Below, piece by piece: positions 13,913 to 26,287 of a stretch of 64,000 nucleotides of DNA (its first letter is position 1; every line of letters begins with the position of its first letter). This stretch comes from Gonapodya sp. JEL0774 (taxonomy: Eukaryota). The position numbers and the translations under genes are program-made. Location of the stretch: positions 1 through 64,000 of the forward strand of contig JADIIX010000046.1 in NCBI GenBank assembly GCA_027604505.1, given 5' to 3'. The notes beneath the pieces are model-generated. The model saw nothing but the letters and a program-made list of their open reading frames with translations. It ran no database searches and was not told the origin of the DNA.

Positions 13913-15715
13913 TCACCTGCTACTGGGCCGAATCTTCTCCGCCTCCAAACTATCCCCGAAGCCCCATTGGCTCTCGTTTCCTCTGGGCCTCCCTCCCTCA
14001 CCTCCTCTCTTTCTCCCGAGCGCTGCCGCCTGTTCGCCGGCCTTGCCAGTCCCTGTTTCCCAATCAGTGCCCCACTGGCTCACATTGCCACCTCCATTTG
14101 ACATCATCTTGCGGCCCGGTACCCACTTCTTCTCGGAGATGGCCGCAGAGGCAGGTGGCGGCATTTTGCGCCCATGTCGAACTTCTGGTTCAGCTGGTGG
14201 CACCACAGCCGTAGGGGTCACAGTAGGCTTCGGTGGCGACGCGGGCGGGGTCGTCTCGATAACGGGCGCCGACGAAGACGGAGCCACTGGCGGCGGGGCA
14301 ATAGGTGCCACTACAGGAGCCGACCCGGCTTGTTCCCCAACGCTGAAATGCTGCTCATACCTCCTTGGATCTTGGCGACGTTTTGGTGGCGGCGTGCGAG
14401 GCTCAAGGTGGGGCGCACCACCGCCGGTGAGGTCGATCTGGGAGGTGTGCCCCGGACGCGACGGGTCTACACGGAGAGAAGAGTGGTGAACTGGAACTGG
14501 GACATCCGATTTAAAGATATTTGATGAAGATTGTTGAAGTGCTCGCTGATGCGCAGTGATTTCAGTCGGCGCAGAACGCTGGTTGTTATGCAGGGGGATG
14601 GCCAACGAGGCAGGGTCAGTTCCCACGACTGAATACCGACCCAGCTTCAAGCTCCCAAGAACAACTATGGACCAACTATCGTTCTGGAGAAACAGGAAGC
14701 ATCGTCACTTTAGTTACCTCTGTAATGCTCGCACTTTTCACTCCTGAAAGTGCCTCTTTGACACGGTCCGCCTGCTGCACGCCCTGCACCGGCAAAATCA
14801 TCTCAGAGTTATTTGCCTTGCAGAACATCTTCAAGTAAGACGCAGAGGATCATTAAAAGGTACCAATCGAGGGAATCGACGAGCGAATAATGTCAAAAAT
14901 GCCTCTGCAGCTGCGACGAAGAGCGCGAAGCCAGACTTACAGTCTCGGGCAAAACCCTCATTTGTCTGAGTACGGTGGCCTGATCCCAATATACTGTAAT
15001 CGAGTTGATGCGTGGAGTAGACAGGCCTGGTGGATAGATGGATGTAACAGAAATCACCTGTGGAAGACGCCATGGCGGAAAGAATTGACATGTTGCGGAT
15101 TCATTGTGTTAGAAAGTGGATCGGGAAAGAAAATTTGCAAATCAAGGGTACAGTTCACGAATCGTGCTTCCGAGGTACTCTGACGCACTCAGAACTTTCA
15201 CGAACACGACTCGATCAGCAACTCACCAGCGGAATCGACACCCTCTTTCCGGTAGGTTTCACTCCTGGCATCAACCACGGCACTTCTCCATCGTGCATGA
15301 GCTGCACTACGCACTCCTCAATGAGCGAGGGTCCAACGATACTGCCATCCTCCGATTCTACGGCAGCGGCGAGGTGTACTCGCCCCACTTTCCCCTTATC
15401 TTCGACGCCGAATGTGGTGCGGGAGACAGAGCGTAGGTAGGCGTCGATATCAGCCAAGGTTGAGGTGGAGACACCGGAAGAGGCGAAGAGGAGGCGCGCG
15501 GGGACTTCAGTGGAGGGCGGGAACACAGAAGCAAGGATGGAAGGGATGGAAGAGTTCGGGGTGGCGGGAAAGAGCAGGGCGGGGCGCAGAAGAGTGTAGA
15601 GGCGCAGAAGGGCTGCCGAGGAATCTGCGTGGGTTGGAGGAAAGGGTTGCACAACAGGAAAAGAAAGAGCTTGAGTGCGCGAAATGGTAGTGGCGGAGAA
15701 CATCGTCGAAGCCAT
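13913..15715 (-). CDS. NTF2/SnoaL-like domain protein with a Pro-rich disordered C-terminal tail, multi-exon
   Basis: IEECVVQLMHDGEVPWLMPGVKPTGKRVSIPL|VISV...ITVYWDQATVLRQMRVLPET|MFCK...LPVQGVQQADRV matches the fungal NTF2-like H..EVPWLLPG..PTGK...WDQA.VL signature. ORF 13913-14650 is the probable last exon; that junction is uncertain. Confidence 0.7.
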
Positions 15716-17114
15716 TTGGGTTTCTCGCGTGACGGCACCGATATAATTGGGCTGTGACAATTGGACTGCGACAACGGGTTCGCCAGAATGGACCTCCTTT
15801 GCGTCACAGTTAACATTGGAGCTTGATATCTCCGTTGCGAAGTGTAACATTAGAGGGAAGCCATTTGGAAGTGTCACAAAGTTTCTTCCCGCTGTACCTG
15901 AAAGGACCACCCAATCTGACGACGCCGAGGCCATTAGAGCCACATGGTTGCCACTTTGTGGCCCTGATTGCATCAAGCCTAGCTTCTGTTCTCTCCGTAT
16001 GTCGAGTCTGTCCCACCAAGGGCATACTCGAAAGGTCTTCCAGTGTCAATGGGCCTTTCGTCACACTGCACGGTCTCCACGCTCGAGTCGCGTTGTACAT
16101 TCTCTCACCCCTCGACTCTGGTCACTGAGAATTCGCCTTATCTGGGAGGTCAGTGGCTGATGGATCTCCTCGAGCCCCCAGACCGATTCTTCACTCCTCA
16201 CTTGCCACCCATGTATCATTTCTTGATCCAAAATCAATCTTCTATCCACCATACAAGCACAGATCTTTCCAAAACGGTGACGCAAAAGAAGCAAAAAAAG
16301 TAACAAACAACCAAATACCGCCAAAGATTGCCGCTGGCGTGAAGATGTCGCCAGAGGCACGATTGACGAGCCATCCATGTTTAATCGTAGAGCTAAGCAG
16401 CAGTTGTGCTGCATCCACGTTTGGGGCATTCGAATTGGTGCTATGTCTGCAGCAGCTGCCGCTGAATGTCCGCATCCGAATGTTCAGCAACCTGCGAAGA
16501 GCCCAACCACCTGCAGGCGGCCATCTAGCCATAAATCTCCTTGAGTATCCTTTGTTTGACTTGTGTGTCGCTTTCTCCAGTGAAAAAAAAACCGCCAAAA
16601 ATCGTCTCCGCTGTGCGCAATCCGGACTGCGAACTGACCTTCCTCCAGATCCGTTCCGATCTGCTGCGAATCTGTCTCTGAGTATTCACGCGTGTCTGTT
16701 GGTGCAAGCATAGGTACGCGGGGAGTGGTGTGAAAGTTATGAAGGTTGGTGATTTTGGGATGGAACGGAGCAAACACCAACAGAGTCACCCTCCGAGCGG
16801 ACTTTTTTCAATCAATATCCATCTTATGTAAAATCCAACAAAGACAGAGAACAAAAAATGGAGAGGAAGATAAACTATATATCCCTTCACACACACCCCA
16901 CCCCCCCAAAAAAAGAAAATGGACGCTGCCAAAGTCCTTGAACCATTTACCCAGGGCACACCCTGTATCAGTCACGCGATATTGTGCGAAAGTGCGGAGG
17001 AAAACTTTCAAGACTTGTCGAAAGTCACACAGCTCACGCCAGGCGATTATCCGCGATTCACCTCACATTATTCCTTCGTTACGTCCCTCTCCAATTCAAG
17101 CAATGGGTTCAGAG

Positions 17115-19200
17115 TCACCGTCTCTCAGCAGCGGTTACAACAATAACCGCCTCAGCATCCTCCCCTTCTCCCGTGTCTGCCCCAGCCATCCTAACTCCAA
17201 CCTCGCCAATCTCCACGGGGCCATCGTGCACCTCCACCCCACTCAATAAGTCGCTCGCTCGGTCCGCACCATCAACCCGTCTCCCCCTGCCCGACCCCAC
17301 TCTCTCCCCGTCCCTCGTATCAGGTGCATCCTCGTCATCATCAGAAAACTCCAACGCCCCGCCATACTCTCCTCCCGACAAATCATACGTCCTGCCTCCT
17401 TCCTGATCCACCATTCCAAATTCGTCCACCATTTGGGTATCTCCGTACCCGTACTCGTACTCGCCTATGACTCCATCGGACCTGTTGCCTGGACCCACAG
17501 GCAACCGCACGGCCGGGCGGTAGTAGGGCGATAGGGAGCCCAAAACAAGGTTAGCGAGGCGAGGAAGGATCGAAGATGGGGGTGGTGGTCGGATCCGGGT
17601 GGCGCGAGGAGTCGGGGGCACTATTGCGGAATGGAAAGGTGTTCTGAGGATTGACATCATTCGCCACGAAAACGTGTGAAACCAATGTGTGCTTGCCCAA
17701 TCAACGTCTCCTATCACTGAATACTGCTTGGACTCCCTAGAGGCGCCAAGAGCTTGCTCAGGCCCATTCCAAAGGACAGAGATTTCGTGGACTCCCGGAG
17801 GCTCGCTGCCACTTTCTCCTCTCTCAATTGCTCCCGTATTTCCTGTTATTCCTCGTCTATGAACTCTCAGAATGTCGCCCACTTCGTCCCCGGAGGCCCA
17901 CCGCCGAAGAGCACCCACCTGCCCCGACCTTATTGTAGCCTCCGCCCCACCTCCACCACCACCTCTGCACCGTAACGACCACGTCCCGCTGTGTATACCC
18001 AAATGCGCGAAGCAGGCATATTCCAACGAGGAGGAGGAGGCCGAGGATCAGAGGGACGAGGAAAAGGGGATGGGAGGTCGTGGCAGAAGCCGTGCGGAAT
18101 GAATTAATAGGTGCAGCTGGGGAGGGATCTATCGGAAAGAGCGACGGGCATCATCGTTTGAGGTGCAAGGGGAGGATCGAAGAAAGCTTGCTCTTCACTC
18201 AGAGTAACCCTGAATTATTGTGCGCAGACTGTTGACGACACCCAAATGATTGCAGAATGGCGGCCTATCCGAGCCTATAGCCAATCTTGGTTCCAAGACT
18301 CAAAAAGATTTGACGCAAAACCGAAAGCTGGCCCGGATGCGCATTCTCCGTATCCCGTTAACCGGAAGCAAGCATGAATGCCATCGCTGCGGATCGTCCG
18401 CAAGACAGCTTTGAAGAGTGCCCAGCCCAGGTCCAATTATAACAAGATCATCCGATTTTCAGTTAGAAGAAGTTCGCCTGCTGGAAGGCTCTGGATCTTT
18501 CCGATGCCTTCCGTCCCCCAATGCGCGAATAAACGGACCGTCCTGCCTTCAGTCAATAATAACTTAGCCACCGTGACAGTCCACGCAGCTCTTCTTTCAG
18601 TATCCCGTGCCTCACTGCACTCAGGGCTCACTCACCCAACTCCATGCCCTTGACAACGGGAGGACGACCACCCTCAAACCCCTCCAACCCGTGCCCGTGG
18701 TCTATCTGCCCACCACCTCCAAACTCGCCCTCTGATTCTTTGAGCTGCAACTGCCTATATCTCTCCGCAGCCGCTCGAGCGGCGTCGGCTGCGATGATCA
18801 TTGCACCCTTCATATGGAGAGTGGCTTCCAATGATGCTATAGAGACGGGTGAGGAAGAATCAGGAGAATCGCCGTATTTCGATTCAACGTTCGAGTGAGA
18901 AGTCTCATAGTCCGCTTGGTCCGAGGAGCTGTAGGGCACATACAGGGATAACGTCGGTAAGTTCACGAGGAGAAATCAGCAGCCCAAACCAGAATCAAAG
19001 AAAAAAATTGAACGGAACGAAAGTCGAGCTCATAACTTTACCAGACTCGAGTTGATGGTGAGTTGAACAGTTCGATTCCTCTCAATCGTTGACACTTGAG
19101 ACTCCCCACTCCGACCAATTCCAACTCACCGCTTGTCAGCTCTACTACTTCTTTCCTTTGTGCCCATCCGGTATCTGCCGGTTCTCTTCATGTCGTCCAT
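17115..19200 (-). CDS. Hypothetical single-pass membrane protein; exon linkage tentative
   Basis: Protein-like segments at ~18636-18930, ~17930-18128 (hydrophobic PLFLVPLILGLLLLVGICLLRAFG) and 17115-17660 (acidic tail). The phase-1 donor at ~18635 is compatible with the acceptor at ~18129. Could be two genes. Confidence 0.4.
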
Positions 19201-19440
19201 GGTAAATACTTTCACAGGCATCCAGAACCCTTGTTCGCGCTAACAACCTCCAAGTCTTTCCCGTTTCTCTCGAGCTTCTCGTTTTCGCTTGCTACTCGAC
19301 TCCCGATTCTTTGAGGTGCGGTCCGTCTGAGGCGAACAACTTTGTGACTTTTCGGTAATCGGTGCAATGAACCTGCCTATGAACTCATGCTGTGCCGCGC
19401 TCCAAGCACATATTAGAATCAACTCAGAAATCAGCTCATC

Positions 19441-20775
19441 ATGGCGAGTCTGCAGTTGTAAAGCTTCTCTTCTAAAGGTCTTCTTAATCTCTTCTTCTTT
19501 ATCGATTTGTATCCAATGAATCCATCCGCACGCTCCGCCTGTTCATTTGCCAACCGACATTCACTTCGATACAAAACCAATCCTTGCTCCCCTTCTAGGC
19601 AAGGAATTCTGAAAAGAAAACACTTCAAGCGAACGCCGCTACCCTCAAATTCCTATTACTGGGCTCTCTAGGGACCCTAGCATTCCACCTCCTCGCACTC
19701 TACCTCTTCACCGGTTCTATTTTCGGTGGTGCGCCGCGATGGCATCATGTGTGCCTAGCATTAGCGAATGGGTCATCGGGATTAGTGTACATATTCTTGA
19801 AGAGCATCGCCAAGTCCAGGTTCGGTCCTGCAGGAGATCTCGTTGCCGCCGGAGAGGACTTGTCTGCAGGAGGATTGACAGAGTGAGTTTGTAGCCATTT
19901 TCATTCTTCAGAGGAGAGTGGGATGGGTTGCTCTGCAAAACAACAGAAAGTGCTACTCCTTAGCGGGCGGAACGAACCAGGAATCCTATCCCGTACATCG
20001 GTACGTTTGCTTGCATACATCACGGTGCCCAACCGAGTTTATTCGATATTGCTTGCAGCGTTAGAATCGGATTTTTCTGTTCAGAGGAAAGTCCTTCTTA
20101 TCTCGCTGTTTTTCAACCACCATTCACCTAACTCATTATCGCACAGCTATCTTCTGGACATAATCTATATGTCATGGATAGCCAACATAGCCACCGCAGT
20201 ATGGTATAAAGCGTGGTGGGTGTATCTGGTAGTACCGGCCGTTGCGGCTTGGAAAGGTGGGTATTTGAGTCCAGGGTGAATGTTGAAGCAACAGGTTGGC
20301 ATAGGTGGGGGAGCAGGGGTTGGTCGGTGGGGATCATTGGGGTGGTGAGAGTGAGGAATCATGATCTGCGACGCGAGGGAGCTGAGATGACGAGGGGGGT
20401 ACGCCCAAGCTCGAAGTTGCGAGGAAACGATGAATCATTGAGTGACCCTCGATGTTTGAGGCGACTCTCCGTGAACTCAATGTCATGGCGAATTCGCTCC
20501 GAAGAGAACTCTAAATCAGAATTGGAATGTATGTCTGAGCCCAGGAGGAGGACGGCTAGAGTGTACAGTTGCAGATGATGCTCGTGGCTGGGTTTCCATG
20601 CGATGACGACTACTCACCCCCAAACTCTCGTCCCTCGCACCATCCTGTAGTCTTCCCCCTCCTCTCGTCGCTATTGGGGCTTGGCTCCGGTTCCGTGGGT
20701 TCCGACTCACTCTTCCAGGTCCCGACTCAAGTGAAAGGAGGGAGAAAGGGCAAGGCAAGTGGAAAGGGGCGGTAG
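19441..20775 (+). CDS. SND2: SRP-independent targeting protein 2 (SND2/TMEM208, DUF788)
   Basis: Exons 19441-19443, 19599-19882, 20147-20256 and 20651-20775 join in phase: MARNSEKKTLQANAATLKFL...LKSIAKSRFGPAGDLVAAGEDLSAGGLTDYLLDIIYMSWIANIATAVWYKAWWVYLVVPAVAAWK...KGGRKGKASGKGR. The G.DL...GL.(E/D)Y..D.IY..W and WW.YL..P motifs are family hallmarks. Confidence 0.88.
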
Positions 20776-21240
20776 TCTGCGCTGGATGTACGTAATTCGA
20801 TCACAAAATTTGGTGCGAACAATGAGATATGATTCATGTACTTTTAATGAGGGAGATAGATGTTCAATCGTGGTTTGACGGAGAGAATCGGAGGCATGGT
20901 GTTAGACATTGTCACTGAGGAACACATGCATAGCGCTTTTCCAATTGGCTCATTCCGCGTGCTCGTTGAGCTCCTCTCGCGTTGGAAAGGGACCACACTT
21001 CCCAAGCTCCGACTCCCGCCCAACCACCTCCACACCAACGAAGTACACCTAATTCACTAAACTTGCGGCTTTTGTCGCACACTACCAAGGCTGATAAGCT
21101 AGCTGTATTGCACAGTGTGGCGGGCTCATGCGGACTTGTTAAATAACCAACGTTGTGTACCGTGTTCCACAAAATAAGCCCTGCACTAAGTAAAAATGGG
21201 GATCCCAAACCCACTGCGATCCCAATTTACAGAGAACCAG

Positions 21241-23281
21241 ATGGCACCACCGACAACCACGCCTCGCCGTGTGGGCAGGGGGGAATCGGATCCCGTGTCA
21301 CTACCTTGTCTCGGGCCCCCGAAGTGCCAGAAATCGCCAGCGTGGATTCTTCTCTTCGTGGGTCATGTGGCATCAGCAATCAATCACAGATATCCAGCTG
21401 AACCTTTGGGTTTTGTATCTTGCTCGTCTCAGTAGTACGTTTACCACCAATTTCCGTCTTCATACTCCCCTTCGTCCCTCTGCGAGTCCCTCTTGTCTCA
21501 TCTTGAAAGATTCCCATCAATCACCGGCAAATTTCGTGTGGCGCCCGAGGGAATAAATGTAACGTGTGCTGGTTTATGTAATGAGATTGAGAACTGGTTA
21601 CAGGAGTGGATCACAGGCAAAGGTCTGTGGTTGGACATGTGGACTCATGTTGGGGGCATCATGAGCGAGGAGCCAGACACGAGGTGGAAGTGGACAAAAA
21701 GGCGCAGGCAATTTTTTAAGCCGATGGCTGGTGTGAGTTTTCTGTGTATTAGTTGAGTATTGAGGGGAGAAGTCACGGTTTATAGTTCATCTTCTCCGAA
21801 AGTGCACACACGCCTTCCCCAACCTTTCCGTCCGTCCCACCCTCGAAGTCACTCCACTTTCTGTGCCAAACTGGACACCGGCCACGATGAGGTGGCACGG
21901 GAGGGATCCCTCTCCTCTGTCCTCTCCCACCGGTGGTTCGTCAGCAACACAAGATGCGCATATACCCCGTATACGACCGCTGGACCCACCAGACTGGCAT
22001 CGTCTTGTCCTTCATCGACTCTCTGATGCCTCTCACAATAAACCCCCATCACCGACCGCAAACACCTCGATTCTTCTCGACGTCCGAAATGCCTACGAAT
22101 CCCGCGCAGGACACTTCCGCGGTGCCATATTACCTCCCGTTCGGAGGTTCTCTTCTGTACCGGACTGGCTGCGGCTTGCGTGGCCTGAGCTGGTTCCGGT
22201 AATCGGACAACGAACCCCCGACGGAACGGAGCAAAGAGACGGAGACGAAGCGGGAGACGGACTGGCAGCGAGTCAAGGTCGGGATGTGATGATGTACTGC
22301 ACAGGTGGCGTGCGATGTGAGAAACTAGCGAGCTGGGTGGTGGAGCACCTTGAAGGTGTGGGTGAGGTGGGTTTGATTCGGTGCGTGGGTTATATCGAAT
22401 TGCACGCTGACAAACCAGCTGCTGTGCTTCCAATGGACTGTTTTTGTTTTTGTCAGGTGTATACCCTGAACGGTGGCGTGCACGCGTATCTTCAATGGCT
22501 TGCTGACCTTCGAAAAGGAGGACTCACTGCAACCGAATCTGACACGATCCGCGAGCCCATGGAGCCCAATGAAAACTCAGATCCCGCTCCCACTCTCGCA
22601 TCGAAATCGAATCACTCACCACCCTCCGCATCAAACCCTGCCCACTCCCTCTTCCTCGGTGCTAACTATGTCTTCGACTCCAGAACTACCGTCACTCTCT
22701 CCTCGTTTCTCTCCTCTCCCGAGCCATCCACCACTCTCTCAGCGTCATCGATTTGTGATCCACAACGGGTACCCCAGACATCCAATCTCACGGACTTTGA
22801 AGCGGACAGGCATTTGGAGGAAACAGTAGACATCATGCGGTGTCGCGTCTGCAACGCCCTCACACATCGTTATGGCAAGTGCGGATCTCTGGGCTGTCAT
22901 TTAGTTGTCCCCGAGTGTGCAATGTGCGCGGGTGCTGCTGACAGTGGAAGCCTGACTTGTTGCGACGAGTGTGGGACGATGGACGAGAGAGTGAGGGCTG
23001 CAAAACAGCGACAGGACGTAGAGGGACCTGAAATAGCTGCGCGTGCAGACGACGATGAGAGTTATCTGGATGTTGTGACATCTGTCAGTGAGGAGGATGG
23101 TCGCCGAGGACCAGGACGAGGGAGAGGACTGGGCAGAGTGGGCATACCTGGAGGTGTGGAACTAAGAAGAGGGTTTGTCTGCAGCTGTGAGAGACTTCGA
23201 AGGGCGATGTGGCCTGAAAGTGGGGAAGGACGAAAGGCCAATTTAGTTCGCAGTGAGAATTATGGAAGGTTGGTTGTTTGA
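21241..23281 (+). CDS. Rhodanese-domain protein of the TSTD2/TrhO (UPF0176) family, multi-exon
   Basis: ILLF|YVY, GKFRVAPEGINVTCAG, FFKP, LLDVRNAYESRAGHFRGAILP, MYCTGGVRCEK, LNGGVHAYL, FLGANYVFDSR and a Cys-rich C-terminus. Alternative start at 21196. Confidence 0.88.
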
Positions 23282-23773
23282 CCGGAAAATTTTTTGAAAA
23301 CATCCTTCTTGGCCTAGTTATTTGTCCGCCGATGTAGATCGCTGCATTTGAACTACATGACAGCGGAAATGAGGTGATCATCTGTTGCTGTCAGTCCAAC
23401 TTAGTAGGTCATGGCGGGCGTGTAAACATCACGAACGATTATACGAAGTCTGCGTGAGCCACTTTGCAGTGCAAAAGGCAGGGGAATAATTGACATATGC
23501 TTAGTGAAAATAGTGTAGATTCACATGAGGTCCGTTCTCCGTTGACTGGCAAACAGACCACCTTTCCTTTAAGAAGGTACATTAGCAAACTACACTTGCA
23601 TTGTAAAAAAGACTTCCTGCTGTCTAATTCTACTTTCCCACGAATGTGTCCACTACAAACCGCAAATTTAAGAGGTTTTAGATGACGACGGCTGCGTCAC
23701 CAGCGTCCCATCTCATTGTCACGCGTTCCCAGCATCAACAATTGCAAAGCTCCGTTTGCGAGCATCTACACAA

Positions 23774-24631
23774 TTATCGGCCCACACGCTCCTCCACGCC
23801 GTCCAGTCCAATGTTCGCTTCAGTTGTGATGGTGCTGGTTTCCTTTCCCTTGCCTTTGCGGTCTGTCACTGTGTCGATCTCATTCCCAGTGCTAGAATCA
23901 TTGACAATGTCGGCAGCTGGGGTTGCCTGGACACTGTCACTGCCGCACCCGTTCTCAAGTCCTTCTCGCTGTTCCTCGCCCTCGACGGCACCGCCATTTT
24001 CATCACCTGCACCATCATCGTCGGCAGTCCCACCTCCGCGTTCTTTTTCGCGCTTTAGCGTCCACCTCCACAACACTTCTGCGCATTCGAACCTGCCAGC
24101 TGTTTCCGCCTCCTCAACGGGAATTTTCCCAGCGCCATTTTTGGCCTCTGTGTTAGCACCAGCTGCGCATAAGAGTTCAACAATGTCCTTGTGACCGTTA
24201 AGTGCAGCCCAATGCAAAGGGGTTGAGCCTGAGGTTGTCGTAGGGTCGATGAGCGGAGTCGGGAGGGGCTGCGGTGTGTCGGTTGGGTTCACACTGGAGA
24301 GGGGTATGGTATCGGTAGAGAGAGTGGCAATAATCCAAGCAGCGATATCGGTGTGACCGTTCGCGGCTGCCGCATGGAGCGGGGTCATGCGGGAGTAGTC
24401 GTCGGATGGAATGAGAAGCAGCGATCGTGGTGTAGGATTAGAAGCATATATTTCGGCAGGCAAAAGATGTGGTCTAGCAAGAAGGGCGGACAGGGACGCA
24501 GCCAGGTCTGAAAGCTGACCACATCTGGCGTAGTAAACCAAGTCGGAGAGCTCAATGTCCTCCATGGCCTCGTCCACCGTTGATGACTCAACTACGTCTG
24601 TAACTGGTAAAGATGCATCGGGTACGACCAT
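23774..24631 (-). CDS. YAR1: Ankyrin-repeat protein, YAR1-like (candidate Rps3 chaperone)
   Basis: DLVYYARCGQLSDL, TPLHAAAANGH, TPLHWAALNGHKDIVELLCAAGANTEAKNGAGKIPVEEAE and an acidic C-tail, as in Yar1. Confidence 0.75.
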   Translation of the reverse strand: MVVPDASLPVTDVVESSTVDEAMEDIELSDLVYYARCGQLSDLAASLSALLARPHLLPAEIYASNPTPRSLLLIPSDDYSRMTPLHAAAANGHTDIAAWIIATLSTDTIPLSSVNPTDTPQPLPTPLIDPTTTSGSTPLHWAALNGHKDIVELLCAAGANTEAKNGAGKIPVEEAETAGRFECAEVLWRWTLKREKERGGGTADDDGAGDENGGAVEGEEQREGLENGCGSDSVQATPAADIVNDSSTGNEIDTVTDRKGKGKETSTITTEANIGLDGVEERVGR

Positions 24632-25084
24632 TTTCCGGGTTGGCTCGGAAGAAATGGGCGAGTGGGATATGAAAAGGAGAAAGTTGATATACAGTTATGT
24701 GTGTTGAGCCGCTCCCTGCCCCGCACTTCTTGCAGTTGATGCCCAAACAACTTAAGTGCTGTTCAATCAATGAAATGTACGCTCAAGGGTTTGAGAATCG
24801 TCAGAAAACTTGGTCATTTGTGATTGATAGAGCTTGGCTGTTCCAACCAGGATTGAGACTTTCCCCCATCAATGCAGATATCGTCAATCCCGTGAAAGAA
24901 TGCGCACCGTCTGTGTTTGGTGAACAGAAGTTTCATTGCTCTCTTATTTTTCAAATTATGTTAAGTGCTTGGAACGAAGGTGCAACTGGAATCAGCCCGT
25001 CATTATTGACGAACGGATGACATCATCTCATAAAAATCAGGGCATCTTAGAATTCTCACTCCATCTCCGGGAAGAATCCCCACA

Positions 25085-26287
25085 ATGACTACATGTCCTT
25101 CAATTTTCCGTCTTCTACCGCCTGAACTTAGCATCGTCGTCGCTCACCAGTTCGTCTCTTCTCGTCGTGAACTCAGGACCAGTTTACCACTACTTTCCGT
25201 TTGTAAGATCTGGCGAAGGACATTAGGTCCCCGAGTGTGGAACAATGTTGTGTTGGAAGTGACACCAGATGACACATGGACTCTTGTGACAGAGTTCATC
25301 GAAGCATTCGCCGGATCCGGCGGTTGCTTGAAATGGATAGTTCAACTGGAGATTGAAGACACTCAAACCCGTTCAGCAACGAGAAGAAATGACAATCAAA
25401 GCATGGTCATCCATCAACCCTTGCGGACTGGCGGAGAATCGCATCGTGGTGTTCTGTCGTCATCTTCACACGCCGGGCCATTCGGGAACCCCGAATTGCT
25501 GCGCAGTGTACTCAATCAACCGGGTGAAGAACCCCTCGGTCATGGAATCCGTTCTCTGGCATTGAAGACTCACAACTGTCCGCACACTATGATTTCAATT
25601 GTGCTTCTGGCAGCCTTCCCCACAACTTCACATCTATCCATATCTAGCGCCACACCTCCCACAGTCGAGTCGACTCAGGCTCACTATTCCCTTTGGACTC
25701 GTCTAACCGACTTCACAGATCGTCTTGTCTGCGCCGCACTCCTACGGAACTTGACATCTCTTCGGCTTGACTGGGACCCCGGGGACTATTTCTGGATACA
25801 TGAGGGTCTACGGTCCTTACAGGGTCTGGACGTCACCGAGGTTGCTCTGACACCTCGGTTTCTTCGGCGGATCGTGGTATCTGGACACCTGAAGCGTTTG
25901 AATCAACTCAAGTTGCATCATGGACAACCTTTTTACCCAGCTCGAAACTCAGCAAGATCAATGAACTGTGCTTGGCGTGCGCTCTTGGAAGGCCTTCCTG
26001 AGCTTCGTCATCTGGGGGTCAGGTGGGATCACACCTTGGGGCGCAGCGCATGGGAGTGGGGCGATGAGGAGTATGCAATGTTGGTCCACGACACAACAGT
26101 GATGAGATTGGAGATGATGGGCCATGCAAAGGAGCTCAAGTCGGGGTCAGTTATACTGCTTGGAAGTGCCGGTACAATGAAGTACGAGGTCAAGAAGGAA
26201 GAGCAAAGCGTGTTGAGACTGGAATGGAGCCGAGACACAAACTGCGAGAGAAAGATGCAGTATGCAGGCAGATTTCCTCGCAACTAG
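25085..26287 (+). CDS. F-box-like protein with possible LRR-like C-terminal region; single ORF
   Basis: 400-aa ORF; N-terminal FRLLPPELSIVVA...LLSVCKIWR resembles an F-box; LxxLxL segments (LTSLRLD, LNQLKLH, LRHLGVR). Confidence 0.6.
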   Translation: MTTCPSIFRLLPPELSIVVAHQFVSSRRELRTSLPLLSVCKIWRRTLGPRVWNNVVLEVTPDDTWTLVTEFIEAFAGSGGCLKWIVQLEIEDTQTRSATRRNDNQSMVIHQPLRTGGESHRGVLSSSSHAGPFGNPELLRSVLNQPGEEPLGHGIRSLALKTHNCPHTMISIVLLAAFPTTSHLSISSATPPTVESTQAHYSLWTRLTDFTDRLVCAALLRNLTSLRLDWDPGDYFWIHEGLRSLQGLDVTEVALTPRFLRRIVVSGHLKRLNQLKLHHGQPFYPARNSARSMNCAWRALLEGLPELRHLGVRWDHTLGRSAWEWGDEEYAMLVHDTTVMRLEMMGHAKELKSGSVILLGSAGTMKYEVKKEEQSVLRLEWSRDTNCERKMQYAGRFPRN

